DNA of 64,000 bases from Bacillota bacterium. GTDB lineage: Bacteria; Bacillota; Desulfotomaculia; Desulfotomaculales; Desulfocucumaceae. Below are positions 53,016 through 62,757 of this stretch, piece after piece (positions within the stretch are counted from its first letter, which is position 1; every line of letters starts with the position of its first letter). A model generated the notes under the pieces. The model had not been told where the DNA came from. It saw only the letters and a list, made by a program, of their open reading frames with translations, and did not search any database. The stretch is from contig JBMOPF010000085.1 of NCBI GenBank assembly GCA_049325075.1, positions 12,065 to 76,064 on the forward strand, read 5' to 3'. The position numbers were made by a program, and so were the translations under genes.

Positions 53016-54734
53016 TTAAAAGTTGAATACCTCGTCCAGTTCGTCAGTCAGAGTAAATTTTGTATTATGGGGTGTAAGCACCTCGTTGTAGAAAAACTCC
53101 GGCAGACGGTCGTCAGCCTTTGTAAATCCTGCCCGTGCGTTGAATTCACGCTCGGTTTTGAGCACTTTTTTACCCAGTTCCATAACGTCATCAGTGGTGA
53201 GGCAGGCGCCATACATGGCATTAATCATTTCCACCACGGTGGGCAGGCCGTCCGGGTTATCCAGCAATGCGAAGGCCACGAACAGGCATAAACCGGTGCT
53301 GTCCACGGCAGCGGTGGCTATCTGCAGGTTTCTGGAAAGCTCTATCTGGCCATCGTCCAGGTTGGGGTCTACAAAGCCGCCCACCTTGAGAATGTTGGAG
53401 GTAACTGCGTATCCGGCGGTGTGGTCGGCGCCCATCGGGGTTGTAGCATAGGTTACGCCGTTGCCGCGGCAGGAGCGCGGGTCATAAGCCGGGATAGCCT
53501 GCCCTTTTACTGTGGGAACCCTGGTTACACCGTACAGCTTGCCGGCAAAGGTGGCGCCGGCACCTATGATCCTGCCCAGGGGGGTTCCCGCGCCCACCTC
53601 TTCCAATGCCCTGATTGCCGCCTTGCCATCTCCGAAGGGGATTACCCCGGCTTCCATCAGTACACCCAGAGTGGCCCCGGATTCTATTGTATCAAGCCCC
53701 ACATCATTGCAGATCCAGTTCATCATGGCCACATCATCAAGGTCGTCCACCTCAAGGTTGGGTCCGAACGCCCAGGCGGATTCATATTCAATGGGCCCAC
53801 ACACCTTGCCGTCCGGCATGGGGTATATATTGGAGCAGCGCATTACACAGCCGGGATGGCAGGCATGGGTGGCTTTTCCGCCCCGGGCGGTGGCCACTTC
53901 GGCAAGCTTTTCCCCGGACACATTGTGCGCCCTGTCGAACCGGCCGTAACGGAAATTCCTGGTCGGCAGCGTTCCGGCCTCATTGATTATATTCATTAAA
54001 ACGTTGGTTCCGTACGAAGGCAGGCCTTGACCACTGACAGGATGATCCATCAGGATCTTGGCAAATTTTTTGGCGGCGGCCTTAAACCTCTCCGGATCCT
54101 TCACAGGAACATCAAAGGTTGATGGGCTGTCGATTACAATGGCTTTAAGTCCCTTCGATCCCATGACGGCCCCAAGGCCGCCGCGGCCGGCATAGCGTGA
54201 CGCATTGCCTTCGCCGTCATTCGTTCCGACGCCGGCATTGGCCATTAGCATTTCACCGGCAGGCCCGATAAAGATCACACCTGATTTTTGACCGAATTTT
54301 TCTCTCAGCCTGGCTACGGTTTCATAACCACCCATTCCCTTAATGTCGCCTGCCGGGAGCAGTTCAGCGCCGGCGGGGGAGATTTTAATAATTGAAAACT
54401 CCCCTGCCACAGCCTTACCTTCAACGATAATTGCTTTATAACCAAGGTTGGCGATTTTTTGAGAGCAAATTCCACCGGCATTTGCCTCCTTTATTGTTCC
54501 GGTAAGAGGACTTTTTCCTCCCACGGAGAGGCGGCCGGAAGACGGGGCGGAGGTTCCGGAGAGAAGACCGGGGGCAAAAATCAATTTATTGAACGGTCCA
54601 AGGGGGTCACAGGTTGGTATAACCTCATCAAACACTATCTGTGAAGTCAGAGCCCTGCCGCCAAGGGCGGAGTAATTTTCAGGAATAGACTCAACCTTTA
54701 GTTCTTTTGTAGTCATATTTACCCTTAGAATCAT
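53016..54734 (-). CDS. aor: aldehyde:ferredoxin oxidoreductase (tungstopterin AOR family)
   Basis: 'MILRVNMTTKELKVE...GGRALTSQIV' N-terminus. Length and overall collinearity fit the AOR family. Start placed at ATG 54734 (the track start is 54821). Confidence 0.85.
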   Translation of the reverse strand: MILRVNMTTKELKVESIPENYSALGGRALTSQIVFDEVIPTCDPLGPFNKLIFAPGLLSGTSAPSSGRLSVGGKSPLTGTIKEANAGGICSQKIANLGYKAIIVEGKAVAGEFSIIKISPAGAELLPAGDIKGMGGYETVARLREKFGQKSGVIFIGPAGEMLMANAGVGTNDGEGNASRYAGRGGLGAVMGSKGLKAIVIDSPSTFDVPVKDPERFKAAAKKFAKILMDHPVSGQGLPSYGTNVLMNIINEAGTLPTRNFRYGRFDRAHNVSGEKLAEVATARGGKATHACHPGCVMRCSNIYPMPDGKVCGPIEYESAWAFGPNLEVDDLDDVAMMNWICNDVGLDTIESGATLGVLMEAGVIPFGDGKAAIRALEEVGAGTPLGRIIGAGATFAGKLYGVTRVPTVKGQAIPAYDPRSCRGNGVTYATTPMGADHTAGYAVTSNILKVGGFVDPNLDDGQIELSRNLQIATAAVDSTGLCLFVAFALLDNPDGLPTVVEMINAMYGACLTTDDVMELGKKVLKTEREFNARAGFTKADDRLPEFFYNEVLTPHNTKFTLTDELDEVFNF

Positions 54735-54964
54735 ATCCACTACACTAAAACCTCCTTTTCGTGAAAGAAATTCTTTCCATACTAAAAGTATAACATTAAT
54801 ACAAAATAAAATCTTTACCAAGATCCTCTTTAATCCGAGAAATTTTTTTCAATGCCCACTATGACTTTCTTTAGTTGATTTTTAATTGCCAAAAAGACGC
54901 ATAATATTGAAGGTCGGAGCGGTCTCAAAGAAGAATCTCTTCTTTATATTTATGTGTATGGAAA

Positions 54965-55216
54965 GTGGTGAGGCAATTGAAGTTAAATATATTGCTTTTT
55001 AGCGGGCTGGAGAAGTTCATTCCGGGCGCGTCATTCGGCATTCCCTTTGAGGTTGAGGTGGAGGAAGGCGCCACAGGCAGGGATCTTATTAAAAAATTGG
55101 GTATTCCGGAGGCCCAGGTTTTTACAATACTTACCAACGGAAAGCATTTTTCCTTTGATGAACAGTTTCAGCCGGGGGACAGGGTGGCGCTATTCCCGCC
55201 CGTGGGAGGGGGTTAG
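54965..55216 (+). CDS. MoaD/ThiS-family ubiquitin-like sulfur-carrier protein
   Basis: 83 aa ending 'GDRVALFPPVGGG' (C-terminal Gly-Gly). Divergent from aor. The start codon is uncertain (GTG 54965 or TTG 54977). Confidence 0.7.
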   Translation: MVRQLKLNILLFSGLEKFIPGASFGIPFEVEVEEGATGRDLIKKLGIPEAQVFTILTNGKHFSFDEQFQPGDRVALFPPVGGG

Positions 55217-55231
55217 GTGTTTGTTCACAAG

Positions 55232-55275
55232 AAAAAATCCCCCGGGTAAATATTCGGGGGATTTTGATTTTTTTC
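55232..55275. terminator. bidirectional intrinsic terminator
   Basis: AAAATCCCCCG-10 nt-CGGGGGATTTT with an A-run and a T-run flanking it, between convergent genes. Confidence 0.8.
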
Positions 55276-55295
55276 ATTAAAGAGAAATAGCGCTG

Positions 55296-55601
55296 TCAGT
55301 CGCAGATAACGCTTTCCTTGCCGCAGTTTGCGCAGCGGAATGACCCGAAATTCTTGATAACGCGGGTCTGGTTGCCGCAATGGGGACAGTTGTAATTTAT
55401 AACCTCGAAAAACGGCCTGCCGCAAAAAAATATTACTGTAAAGAGTCCACCAACTATTCCCCCCACGAAGGGTGGCAGGCCTGCCGCAATGCCAACGCCG
55501 CTGGCAACTGACACAATAAAGACGATAATGGCTATCCTGAACAGAATGAGCACCAGCTCAAGTCCGGGATTTTTAATTTCGCCGGCATGATAGTTATACA
55601 C
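55296..55601 (-). CDS. membrane protein with a C-terminal zinc ribbon
   Basis: Two TM helices, then 'CPHCGNQTRV...FRCANCGK'. GTG start 9 nt after GGGGGAGGG. Confidence 0.55.
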   Translation of the reverse strand: MYNYHAGEIKNPGLELVLILFRIAIIVFIVSVASGVGIAAGLPPFVGGIVGGLFTVIFFCGRPFFEVINYNCPHCGNQTRVIKNFGSFRCANCGKESVICD

Positions 55602-55733
55602 CTGTAAAATCCCTCCCCCTTATTATTTTTCTAATATTTTATTCGGGGAACAGGTGCGGATTCCTTCAAGCTCAACGGGCAAAAAAAACAAAAAAGTTAC
55701 AAAAAAGTTTTTGATTTCGCATCCAAAAAGAAT

Positions 55734-57059
55734 TTACTTCCCCTGCAGTGCCCAAAGGTGATCTATAAACTGGCTGGCGGTTCTTCCGGACCTGCTGTTA
55801 TTCCAGCGCTCCCACTCAAGTGCCCGAAGCCTCAATTCGCCGGGGGGGACTGACAGTCCCCTCTGGCGGGCGAGACCCTCCACTATTTTCAGGTACAATT
55901 CCTGGTCAGGTGACAGGAACAGTAGCGTTGTGCTGAAGCGGTCCGATAAAGATAGTTTTTCCTGCAGTGTATCGGAGTTGCCTATGCCGGAATGCCGGTC
56001 TTCAAAGGATTCCTTTATTATATGGCGCCGGTTTGAGGTGGCGTAGACTGCAATATTGCCGGGTTTGGCCTGAAGTCCCCCTTCCAGGAAGGATTTAAAG
56101 GCTTTATACTCTGTTTCGCGGTCTTCAAAGGACAGGTCGTCCACAAAAAATATAAATTTAAGACCAGTTCTTTCCACTGCTGACACAATCTCAGGATAAT
56201 CACCGATAAAGTCCCTGGGCACCTCGATTATCCGCAGCCCGTATGCGCCGAATCTGTGTATCAGGGCCTTGACGGTGGAGGACTTGCCAGTCCCCCTGTC
56301 CCCGTATAGCAATATATTTCCGGCGGGCAGTCCTTCAAGCAGCAGCTTTGTGTTTTCTATAATACTCTGCCGCTGATTTTCATAACCCACAAGGTTTTCG
56401 AGGCGTATGGGGTCGGGGTTGGAAATGCCTTTAAGCGCCTTGTTTATACCATCCCACCGGAAGGCGTGATAGCGGCAGAAATCACCGAATCCACAGCGCA
56501 GGTGAAAGTCGGCCAGCAGGTCCGCGGCGTCTGACCAGTCACGGCTGGCAAGGAGTTTTGTTTTAATAGCGTGAATCTCATACTGGGGCCCCCCGGGAGG
56601 CGGAGGGGAATCTTCGCCTCCCGGCTGATGGGTTAAAAGATCGGAGTATATGCCGGGGTCTGTGTTAAAACGGTTAAAATCGATGTCAAAAAGTGCCTTC
56701 AGCAGTCCAAGGTCTTCCGCGGCAGCCTTTTTAACCGCTGTGCCGAGGTGGCTGCCGCCGTTAATCTGACCGGCGGAGGCCATCCTGGTGAAGGGGTTTT
56801 CAGACATAATTATACTTTCCAGCAAAAAGTCCTGCCACATGTTTCCCACCTGGGTTCCCTGACGTTCTTCAGCCCGGAACGCCAGTTCAAAAAATAATCC
56901 GGCAAACATGCCTTCCTGATGTACACTGCTGCCCGGGCCGGACCAGTTCATGATTATTTGGCGCACTGTTTTCGCAGGACCGCTGGAGACAGTGTCCCTG
57001 TACACGGAGAGGTTTTGAAAAACAGCCGGGTTGAAAAAGGTGTCAATAGGTTCATTCAT
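55734..57059 (-). CDS. DUF815-family AAA-type ATPase with a ~220-aa N-terminal extension
   Basis: 'ILLYGDRGTGKSSTVKAL' Walker A and 'IFFVDDLSFE' Walker B. GGAGGAAG RBS. 22 nt downstream of the LarA-like gene. Confidence 0.65.
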   Translation of the reverse strand: MNEPIDTFFNPAVFQNLSVYRDTVSSGPAKTVRQIIMNWSGPGSSVHQEGMFAGLFFELAFRAEERQGTQVGNMWQDFLLESIIMSENPFTRMASAGQINGGSHLGTAVKKAAAEDLGLLKALFDIDFNRFNTDPGIYSDLLTHQPGGEDSPPPPGGPQYEIHAIKTKLLASRDWSDAADLLADFHLRCGFGDFCRYHAFRWDGINKALKGISNPDPIRLENLVGYENQRQSIIENTKLLLEGLPAGNILLYGDRGTGKSSTVKALIHRFGAYGLRIIEVPRDFIGDYPEIVSAVERTGLKFIFFVDDLSFEDRETEYKAFKSFLEGGLQAKPGNIAVYATSNRRHIIKESFEDRHSGIGNSDTLQEKLSLSDRFSTTLLFLSPDQELYLKIVEGLARQRGLSVPPGELRLRALEWERWNNSRSGRTASQFIDHLWALQGK

Positions 57060-57080
57060 TTTAATGCTTCCTCCATTATG

Positions 57081-58331
57081 CTAAAAGGGTAAAAGATTTT
57101 TATTTTCATCAAATGAGAGGGGCAGCGGGCTTTCTGACACTATAAGGGATTTGTTCGCCCTTGCCTCGGCAGCCAGGGGCTCCGAAACCATCATGCTTTC
57201 AATATGAAGAGTATTTTTAATTCTGACCAGGCGTATTCCTCCCGCTTTCCCGGTCCCCAGGCTGTCGATCGCCGCCATTATTGCAGACCGGTCATCCGGC
57301 AGGGTAATGGGGATCATGGCTCTCTGGGTGAAGGTACTGGTAAAGGCGTTCTTGTACATTGCCTCCCTGTTGATGTTTTTTACCAGCCTTTCCGTAGTAA
57401 AGTCAGCCAGTCCTATGCCGTATGCGTTGCCCTTGCTTCCAGGATCCAGACCCAGAACCACAATCCTTTTTATACATGGGCTTTCCGGTTCCGGCGACCC
57501 CCAAATTTTAAGCCTTCCTATTATATTGGTGTCCAGGCCGGTTCCGCTGAAAGTTTTTCCCATCTCATCCACCACCAATATGTCTATATGGTCAAAGGGA
57601 AGGCGGGGCATGTTTCTGCGGGCCTCTTCCAAAAGGATTCTTTCCGTCTGGACAAAATCCTCCGGCCGTACAGCCCTTATGTCCATGGTATTGTCAAAGG
57701 CGTCCTCAACAATGGCCAACCCCACGGCAACAGGGAGTTTCTTCAACATAACCGAGGCCGCGGCAGGTATGGCCTCCGCCAGTTGATTCACGCCCGGAGA
57801 GTGTATAACAGAGGCCCCTTCCGGACCCCCCAGGCCTACGGCCAGCATTTTCAGGAGGCCGCTTTCATGGTCTCCGTGAAAGGATGTATGGGGCTTAATC
57901 CTGTTTATTACTATTATATGGTCAAAATTAAAAGCCAGCCGGTTGACCGGGCAGGCCCGGCCATTTTCTCCGGCAATATTTATAGTCTCCACTCCTGCCA
58001 CTACCGGAACGCCCATTTTTTCTTCTGTAATACCCAGCCCCTTTAATACTTCCAACTGACCGGAAACTGTTCCTCCCCCGTGGCTGCCCATGCTTGAAAG
58101 AATTGTGGGGCAGCTTCCACAGGAGGCCACGTACCTGACCACGGCCTCAAGAATTAAAACTATATTGCTGATGCCCCTGCTTCCGGCGGTAATGGCCACA
58201 CTGTCACCGGTATTCAATATCCTATTAAGGCCGCAGGTGTCAAGCTCCCTCTGAATTGTTTCCTCAATTGATTTCAGTTTCCGGGTGGGATATATCTGAG
58301 TGATCCGGTACATGTCTACTGGAATTATCAT
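57081..58331 (-). CDS. LarA-like (lactate racemase N-terminal domain / DUF2088) protein
   Basis: 416 aa. 'SVAITAGSRGI', 'MGSHGGGT' and 'KPHTSFHGDHESGLLKMLAVGLGG' loosely parallel the LarA motifs (DITRP, TGTHR, H..SGG.K). The assignment is from memory. Confidence 0.5.
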   Translation of the reverse strand: MIIPVDMYRITQIYPTRKLKSIEETIQRELDTCGLNRILNTGDSVAITAGSRGISNIVLILEAVVRYVASCGSCPTILSSMGSHGGGTVSGQLEVLKGLGITEEKMGVPVVAGVETINIAGENGRACPVNRLAFNFDHIIVINRIKPHTSFHGDHESGLLKMLAVGLGGPEGASVIHSPGVNQLAEAIPAAASVMLKKLPVAVGLAIVEDAFDNTMDIRAVRPEDFVQTERILLEEARRNMPRLPFDHIDILVVDEMGKTFSGTGLDTNIIGRLKIWGSPEPESPCIKRIVVLGLDPGSKGNAYGIGLADFTTERLVKNINREAMYKNAFTSTFTQRAMIPITLPDDRSAIMAAIDSLGTGKAGGIRLVRIKNTLHIESMMVSEPLAAEARANKSLIVSESPLPLSFDENKNLLPF

Positions 58332-58362
58332 ATTTCTCCTCCATTTTATAAATTATACTATA

Positions 58363-58391
58363 TTGAAGGAAATCCATTCTTTTTATAGAAT
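58363..58391 (+). promoter_or_regulatory. candidate sigma-A-type promoter upstream of fapA
   Basis: TTGAAG-17 nt-TAGAAT, about 190 nt upstream of the ATG. Read by eye only. Confidence 0.25.
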
Positions 58392-58579
58392 AATTTTGTC
58401 AAATAATCACCGCTTTGTCTTTGTAAAAAATTTCTGCTCAATCAATATTCAACTTCCAGTTAAACCTTGCTAATACTGTTGTATCATAAATCTTGGACAT
58501 CAGGATCGTTTTAAAGTAACTTTTACAATTAAAAAACAAGACAGAGTTGTTTTTATTTAAACTGAAAGGTGCTTGAAAA

Positions 58580-60079
58580 ATGTCGTCTGATAATAAAAAC
58601 TCCACAATAAGTGTATTTTTTGACCGGGATAAGCTGACGGCCTCGGTCTGCCTTCTTTCAAAGGTGGAACTTGTCAGACGGGAAGATGTATTGGAAGAAC
58701 TAAAAAGACTGGGAGTGTCCTTTGGAATAAATCAGTCAAATATAGAAGTTTTTTGCAGCAACCCGACCAGGGATCCCGTAGTGGTGGCGGAGGGGATGCC
58801 ACCGGTTCCGGGAAGGGACGGATATTTGGAGTTGCACTATCTGAACTGTAAAAAGAATATATTGGAGGATGAAAATGATATTGTTGACTACAGGGAGACC
58901 AGCGACCTTATATCTGTTGAAAAAGGAACGCTGCTCGCCGAGGTTCATCCCCCGACACCGGGTAAAGAGGGCCTGAGTGTCACAGGGGAAGTGATTAGAC
59001 CGCCAAGAAACAAGGAAATAAAACTTAAGGCCGGAAAAGGGGTATACCTCAGCGAACAGGGTGACAAGGCATATGCCGATGTTGACGGCAGGCCATGGAT
59101 AAGGGAAGTCGGCCTAACCAGAGTGGTTTTTTGTGATCCCATATATACACTCAATGGAGATGTGGATATAAAAACAGGCAACCTGAGATTTAAGGGAAAT
59201 ATAAAAATAAACGGCAGCGTCTGTGAGGCGATGGAGGTTCAGGCTGACGGCGATATTGAGATACAGGGCCTGGTTTCAATGGCCAGGGTAAGCAGTGGAG
59301 GAAAAATAGTTGTTTACGGCAACGTAATTAGCAGCAGCCTGAAGGCTGGAATGGTGTTTCCCGGCGCAAAGAAGCTGAGCTTCATGTTCTCCGATATAAA
59401 CACAGAACTTCAAAACATTAAAAAGGCCATGGACCAGTTGATAAAAGGGGGCTTTATAAAAGTTGAGCCCCAGGATTTCGGCAGGATAATTATAAGCCTG
59501 ATGGATACAAGGTTCAAGAATATCAGGCCGCTGGTTAAAAATATACAGTCTTTTGTGGGGAACAAGACGGCGGGGGAGGAAGTCCCGGCGGATGTTTTAT
59601 CTGTAGCCAATATGCTGGGTAAATTTTTGGACCTGAGGCCAATGAGCAATATTATGTTTGAGGACATTGTCAACAGGGTGGCGGAATTGTGTGAAGCCCT
59701 GGATAAATGCAACGTGAATTCCGGGGGAAATATTATTGTAAGGACTGCCATCAGCTCTGTACTGCAGAGCTCGGCAAATGTTATTGTAACCGGACAGGGA
59801 TGTATTAACAGCAATATCAACGCCGGAGGCAACGTAACGGTAAGGGGTGTTTTCAAGGGCGGAGAGATACTATGTGACGGCAATGCAGAGATAAATGAAC
59901 TGGGCAGCAACCTTGGAGTATCCCCTGTGGTGAGGGTTGCGGCGGGTAAAACAATAAAAGTTAATAAAGCATTTGCGGGATCAGTCATTCAGGTTGGTAA
60001 AAAGAGGGTGACCATCACCAGTGACATGGATGCTTTCAAGGCAAGGCTCAACAAGGAAGAGCAATTGGAAATATATTGA
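58580..60079 (+). CDS. FapA-family (DUF342) protein
   Basis: 499 aa. 'PGRDGYLELHY', 'PGKEGLSVTGE' and a central beta-helix-like repeat 'TGNLRFKGNIKINGSV...ADGDIEIQGLV'. Confidence 0.6.
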   Translation: MSSDNKNSTISVFFDRDKLTASVCLLSKVELVRREDVLEELKRLGVSFGINQSNIEVFCSNPTRDPVVVAEGMPPVPGRDGYLELHYLNCKKNILEDENDIVDYRETSDLISVEKGTLLAEVHPPTPGKEGLSVTGEVIRPPRNKEIKLKAGKGVYLSEQGDKAYADVDGRPWIREVGLTRVVFCDPIYTLNGDVDIKTGNLRFKGNIKINGSVCEAMEVQADGDIEIQGLVSMARVSSGGKIVVYGNVISSSLKAGMVFPGAKKLSFMFSDINTELQNIKKAMDQLIKGGFIKVEPQDFGRIIISLMDTRFKNIRPLVKNIQSFVGNKTAGEEVPADVLSVANMLGKFLDLRPMSNIMFEDIVNRVAELCEALDKCNVNSGGNIIVRTAISSVLQSSANVIVTGQGCINSNINAGGNVTVRGVFKGGEILCDGNAEINELGSNLGVSPVVRVAAGKTIKVNKAFAGSVIQVGKKRVTITSDMDAFKARLNKEEQLEIY

Positions 60080-60247
60080 GATTATTAATACCGGCATGTG
60101 GGCTATACCTGGAAAAAAGGGGTTTCCGCGGGGAAATCCCTTAATCTTTGCATAATATAAAGCATGGTACATGGAAGGCCTGCGGGCAATAATATCGGTA
60201 TCGGCGGGCAAAAAAAGCAAATGAAAAAAGATTTCCGGAGGTATGCT

Positions 60248-61297
60248 GTGAAGAGGCAGGAGAGAAAACTGGGGCACATCAGATATTCCCTTCGGATGGC
60301 GGACAAAACAAACAATACCGGGTTTAACGAAATAAGGCTGGTCCACCAGTCTCTTTTTGGAATAAAGCCATCTGACGTTGATATGACGGTGGAATTTTTG
60401 GGCAAAAAGCTTCAAATACCCCTTATGATAGATGCCATTACCGGGGGGCACCCGGATACCCTCAGGATAAACAGGGACTTTGCCATTGCCGCCAGGAAAA
60501 CCGGAATAGCGATGGCGGTAGGTTCCCAAAGGGCCGCCCTGGATGACCCGTCGGTGGTGGATACCTACAGGGTGGCCAGGGATGAAAACCCGGACGGGGT
60601 ACTTCTGGCCAACCTCAGCGCCACCTGCACTCCGGAGGAAGCGGCAATGGCAGTGGAAATGATAGGTGCGGACGGCATCCAGGTGCATTTCAATGTTCCC
60701 CAGGAACTTGTCATGGATGAGGGCGAGCCCGATTTTGGCGCTGTGTTGCCAGGGCTGAAAAGACTGGTGGAAAACCTCGGATGCCCGGTTATTGCAAAAG
60801 AGGTGGGCTTCGGCATGTCCAGGGAGACAGTGCTCAGTCTCTACCGGACAGGAATAACCATTATGGACATAGGGGGACGGGGGGGGACCAATTTCATTTC
60901 CATTGAAAATGCCAGAAAGGGCCTTGAGGACAGCGAGATGGAGGAGTGGGGCATTCCTACCGCAATATGTCTTTTTGAGGGCCTTGAACTGGGTCTGCCC
61001 ATAGACATCATCGCCTCGGGAGGGGTGAGGACCGCCATGGATATTATAAAGGCGCTGGCGGCCGGAGCAAAAATGGTGGCGATGGCCAGACCCTTCCTGG
61101 ACGTACTGGAAGCAGGCTCTGTTGACCACCTGGTGGATTACATAGAGCGCATAAAACATGACCTTGCCAGGTATATGATCATGACGGGGGCGAAAAATAT
61201 AGGCGGGCTGAAAGGAATTCCCCTGGTGGTGACAGGAAAAACAGCGGAGTGGCTGGAAAGAAGGGGAGTTAACATAAATGCCTATGCCAGAAGATAA
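60248..61297 (+). CDS. fni: type 2 isopentenyl-diphosphate delta-isomerase (FMN-dependent)
   Basis: 'RKLGHIRYSL', 'MAVGSQRAAL', 'AKEVGFGMS' and 'DIGGRGGTNF'. GTG start 6 nt after GGAGG, giving 349 aa (the track start is 60164). Confidence 0.85.
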   Translation: MKRQERKLGHIRYSLRMADKTNNTGFNEIRLVHQSLFGIKPSDVDMTVEFLGKKLQIPLMIDAITGGHPDTLRINRDFAIAARKTGIAMAVGSQRAALDDPSVVDTYRVARDENPDGVLLANLSATCTPEEAAMAVEMIGADGIQVHFNVPQELVMDEGEPDFGAVLPGLKRLVENLGCPVIAKEVGFGMSRETVLSLYRTGITIMDIGGRGGTNFISIENARKGLEDSEMEEWGIPTAICLFEGLELGLPIDIIASGGVRTAMDIIKALAAGAKMVAMARPFLDVLEAGSVDHLVDYIERIKHDLARYMIMTGAKNIGGLKGIPLVVTGKTAEWLERRGVNINAYARR

Positions 61298-61375
61298 AAT
61301 TGAACAATATTTATTCTTTTGGAAGGAATAGATTTTCAGTTATAGAAGTAATAATACAGCTAAAAAAGATTGTAT

Positions 61376-61531
61376 TGCAGAAGGTGCTGCCACGGCAGAG
61401 AATAGGGAACCGGGTGTGAATCCCGGGCGGACCCGCCACTGTAACCGGGGAGAAAACACTGTTATGCCACCGCAAGGGAAGGCTGTGTTTGAGAAATGTC
61501 TATGATCCGGGAGCCAGGAGACCTGCCTCTG
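61376..61531 (+). promoter_or_regulatory. cobalamin (AdoCbl) riboswitch
   Basis: 'AGAATAGGGAACCGGGTGTGAATCCCGGGCGGACCCGCCACTGTAA' contains the B12 box GCCACTG. 'GCCAGGAGACCTGCC' is the 3' core. The closing helix is GCAGA/TCTGC. Confidence 0.9.
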
Positions 61532-61561
61532 CAATTATTCCCGTAAGGATGATGGAAAAGT

Positions 61562-61590
61562 CCACGGCATTATGCGGTGGGCTTTTTTAT
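61562..61590 (+). terminator. riboswitch expression-platform terminator
   Basis: CCACGGC-attat-GCGGTGG followed by GCTTTTTTATTTTT, about 40 nt before the cobT ATG. Confidence 0.7.
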
Positions 61591-61629
61591 TTTTAAGTTA
61601 AAAAAATAAGTTTGCAGGAGGTATGAGAG

Positions 61630-62697
61630 ATGCTGTTTGACAGGACGGTAAAAATGATTGGAGAACTGGACAGGGAAGCAATGGCCGCGGCGCGCAGAAG
61701 GATGGACAGCCTGATAAAGCCCCCGGGGAGCCTGGGTGTTATTGAGGACCTGGCGGTTAAACTGGCCGGGATCCAGGGCAGGCAGTACCCGGAGTGCGAT
61801 AAAAAGGCTGTTATACTGATGGCCGGAGACCACGGGGTGGTGGAAGAGGGTGTCAGTGTGGCGCCAAAGGAAGTAACACGCCAGATGTTGTCCGCTTTTG
61901 TGGGCGGTGTTGCCGGCATCAACGTTTTCTCCAGGCTGGCCGGGGCCGGTCTGGTGCTGGTGGACGCCGGGGTGGCCGGGGCCGAAAAAATACCGGGAGT
62001 GCTTGATTACAAGGTAAGGGAGGGCACCGGAAATATCACCAGGGGTCCGGCCATGACCAGGGAAGAGGCGGTGACGGCGGTTGAGGCGGGAATAAAGGTG
62101 GCTGAGGGTGAAATAGACAGGGGAACAAAGATTTTGTCCACAGGGGACATGGGCATAGGAAACACCACGCCCAGCAGCGCCATACTGACGGTGCTGGCGG
62201 GTGTGACCGCGGAAGAGGCAACAGGCCGCGGCACAATGGTAAATGACTCTGTATTGGATAAAAAGGTGTGGGCGGTTAAGGAATCCATCCGCATTAACCA
62301 ACCTGACCCCACTGACGGCATTGATGTGGTTTCCAAGGTGGGGGGACTTGAAATAGCCGGGCTGGCAGGCGTTATTCTGGGGGGCGCCGCCAGGAGGGTT
62401 CCGGTAATTATAGACGGCTTTATTTCAACCGCCGCCGCAATGATTGCCTGTGCCATATCGGAAAAGGCAAAAGATTATATTATCGCGTCACACCTTTCCG
62501 GCGAACAGGGCCACAGTCTTATGCTGGACTACCTGGGTTTAAAGCCAATGCTTCATCTGGAAATGAGGCTTGGCGAGGGAACCGGAGCAACTCTGGCCAT
62601 GAACCTGGTGGACGCCGCCTGCAGGGTATTGAGGGAAATGGCCAGCTTTGAGCAGGCCGGAGTGTCCGAACTTGATGAAAGCATGATGAACAAGTGA
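61630..62697 (+). CDS. cobT: nicotinate-nucleotide--dimethylbenzimidazole phosphoribosyltransferase
   Basis: 'PPGSLGVIEDLAVKLAGIQG', 'GDMGIGNTTPSSA' and 'MRLGEGTGA'. 355 aa. Confidence 0.9.
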   Translation: MLFDRTVKMIGELDREAMAAARRRMDSLIKPPGSLGVIEDLAVKLAGIQGRQYPECDKKAVILMAGDHGVVEEGVSVAPKEVTRQMLSAFVGGVAGINVFSRLAGAGLVLVDAGVAGAEKIPGVLDYKVREGTGNITRGPAMTREEAVTAVEAGIKVAEGEIDRGTKILSTGDMGIGNTTPSSAILTVLAGVTAEEATGRGTMVNDSVLDKKVWAVKESIRINQPDPTDGIDVVSKVGGLEIAGLAGVILGGAARRVPVIIDGFISTAAAMIACAISEKAKDYIIASHLSGEQGHSLMLDYLGLKPMLHLEMRLGEGTGATLAMNLVDAACRVLREMASFEQAGVSELDESMMNK

Positions 62698-62757
62698 ACT
62701 CGTTCAGCCAGGCTGAACATCGGGGCTTCAGATGGGGATTCAACCCCACCTGAAGTG

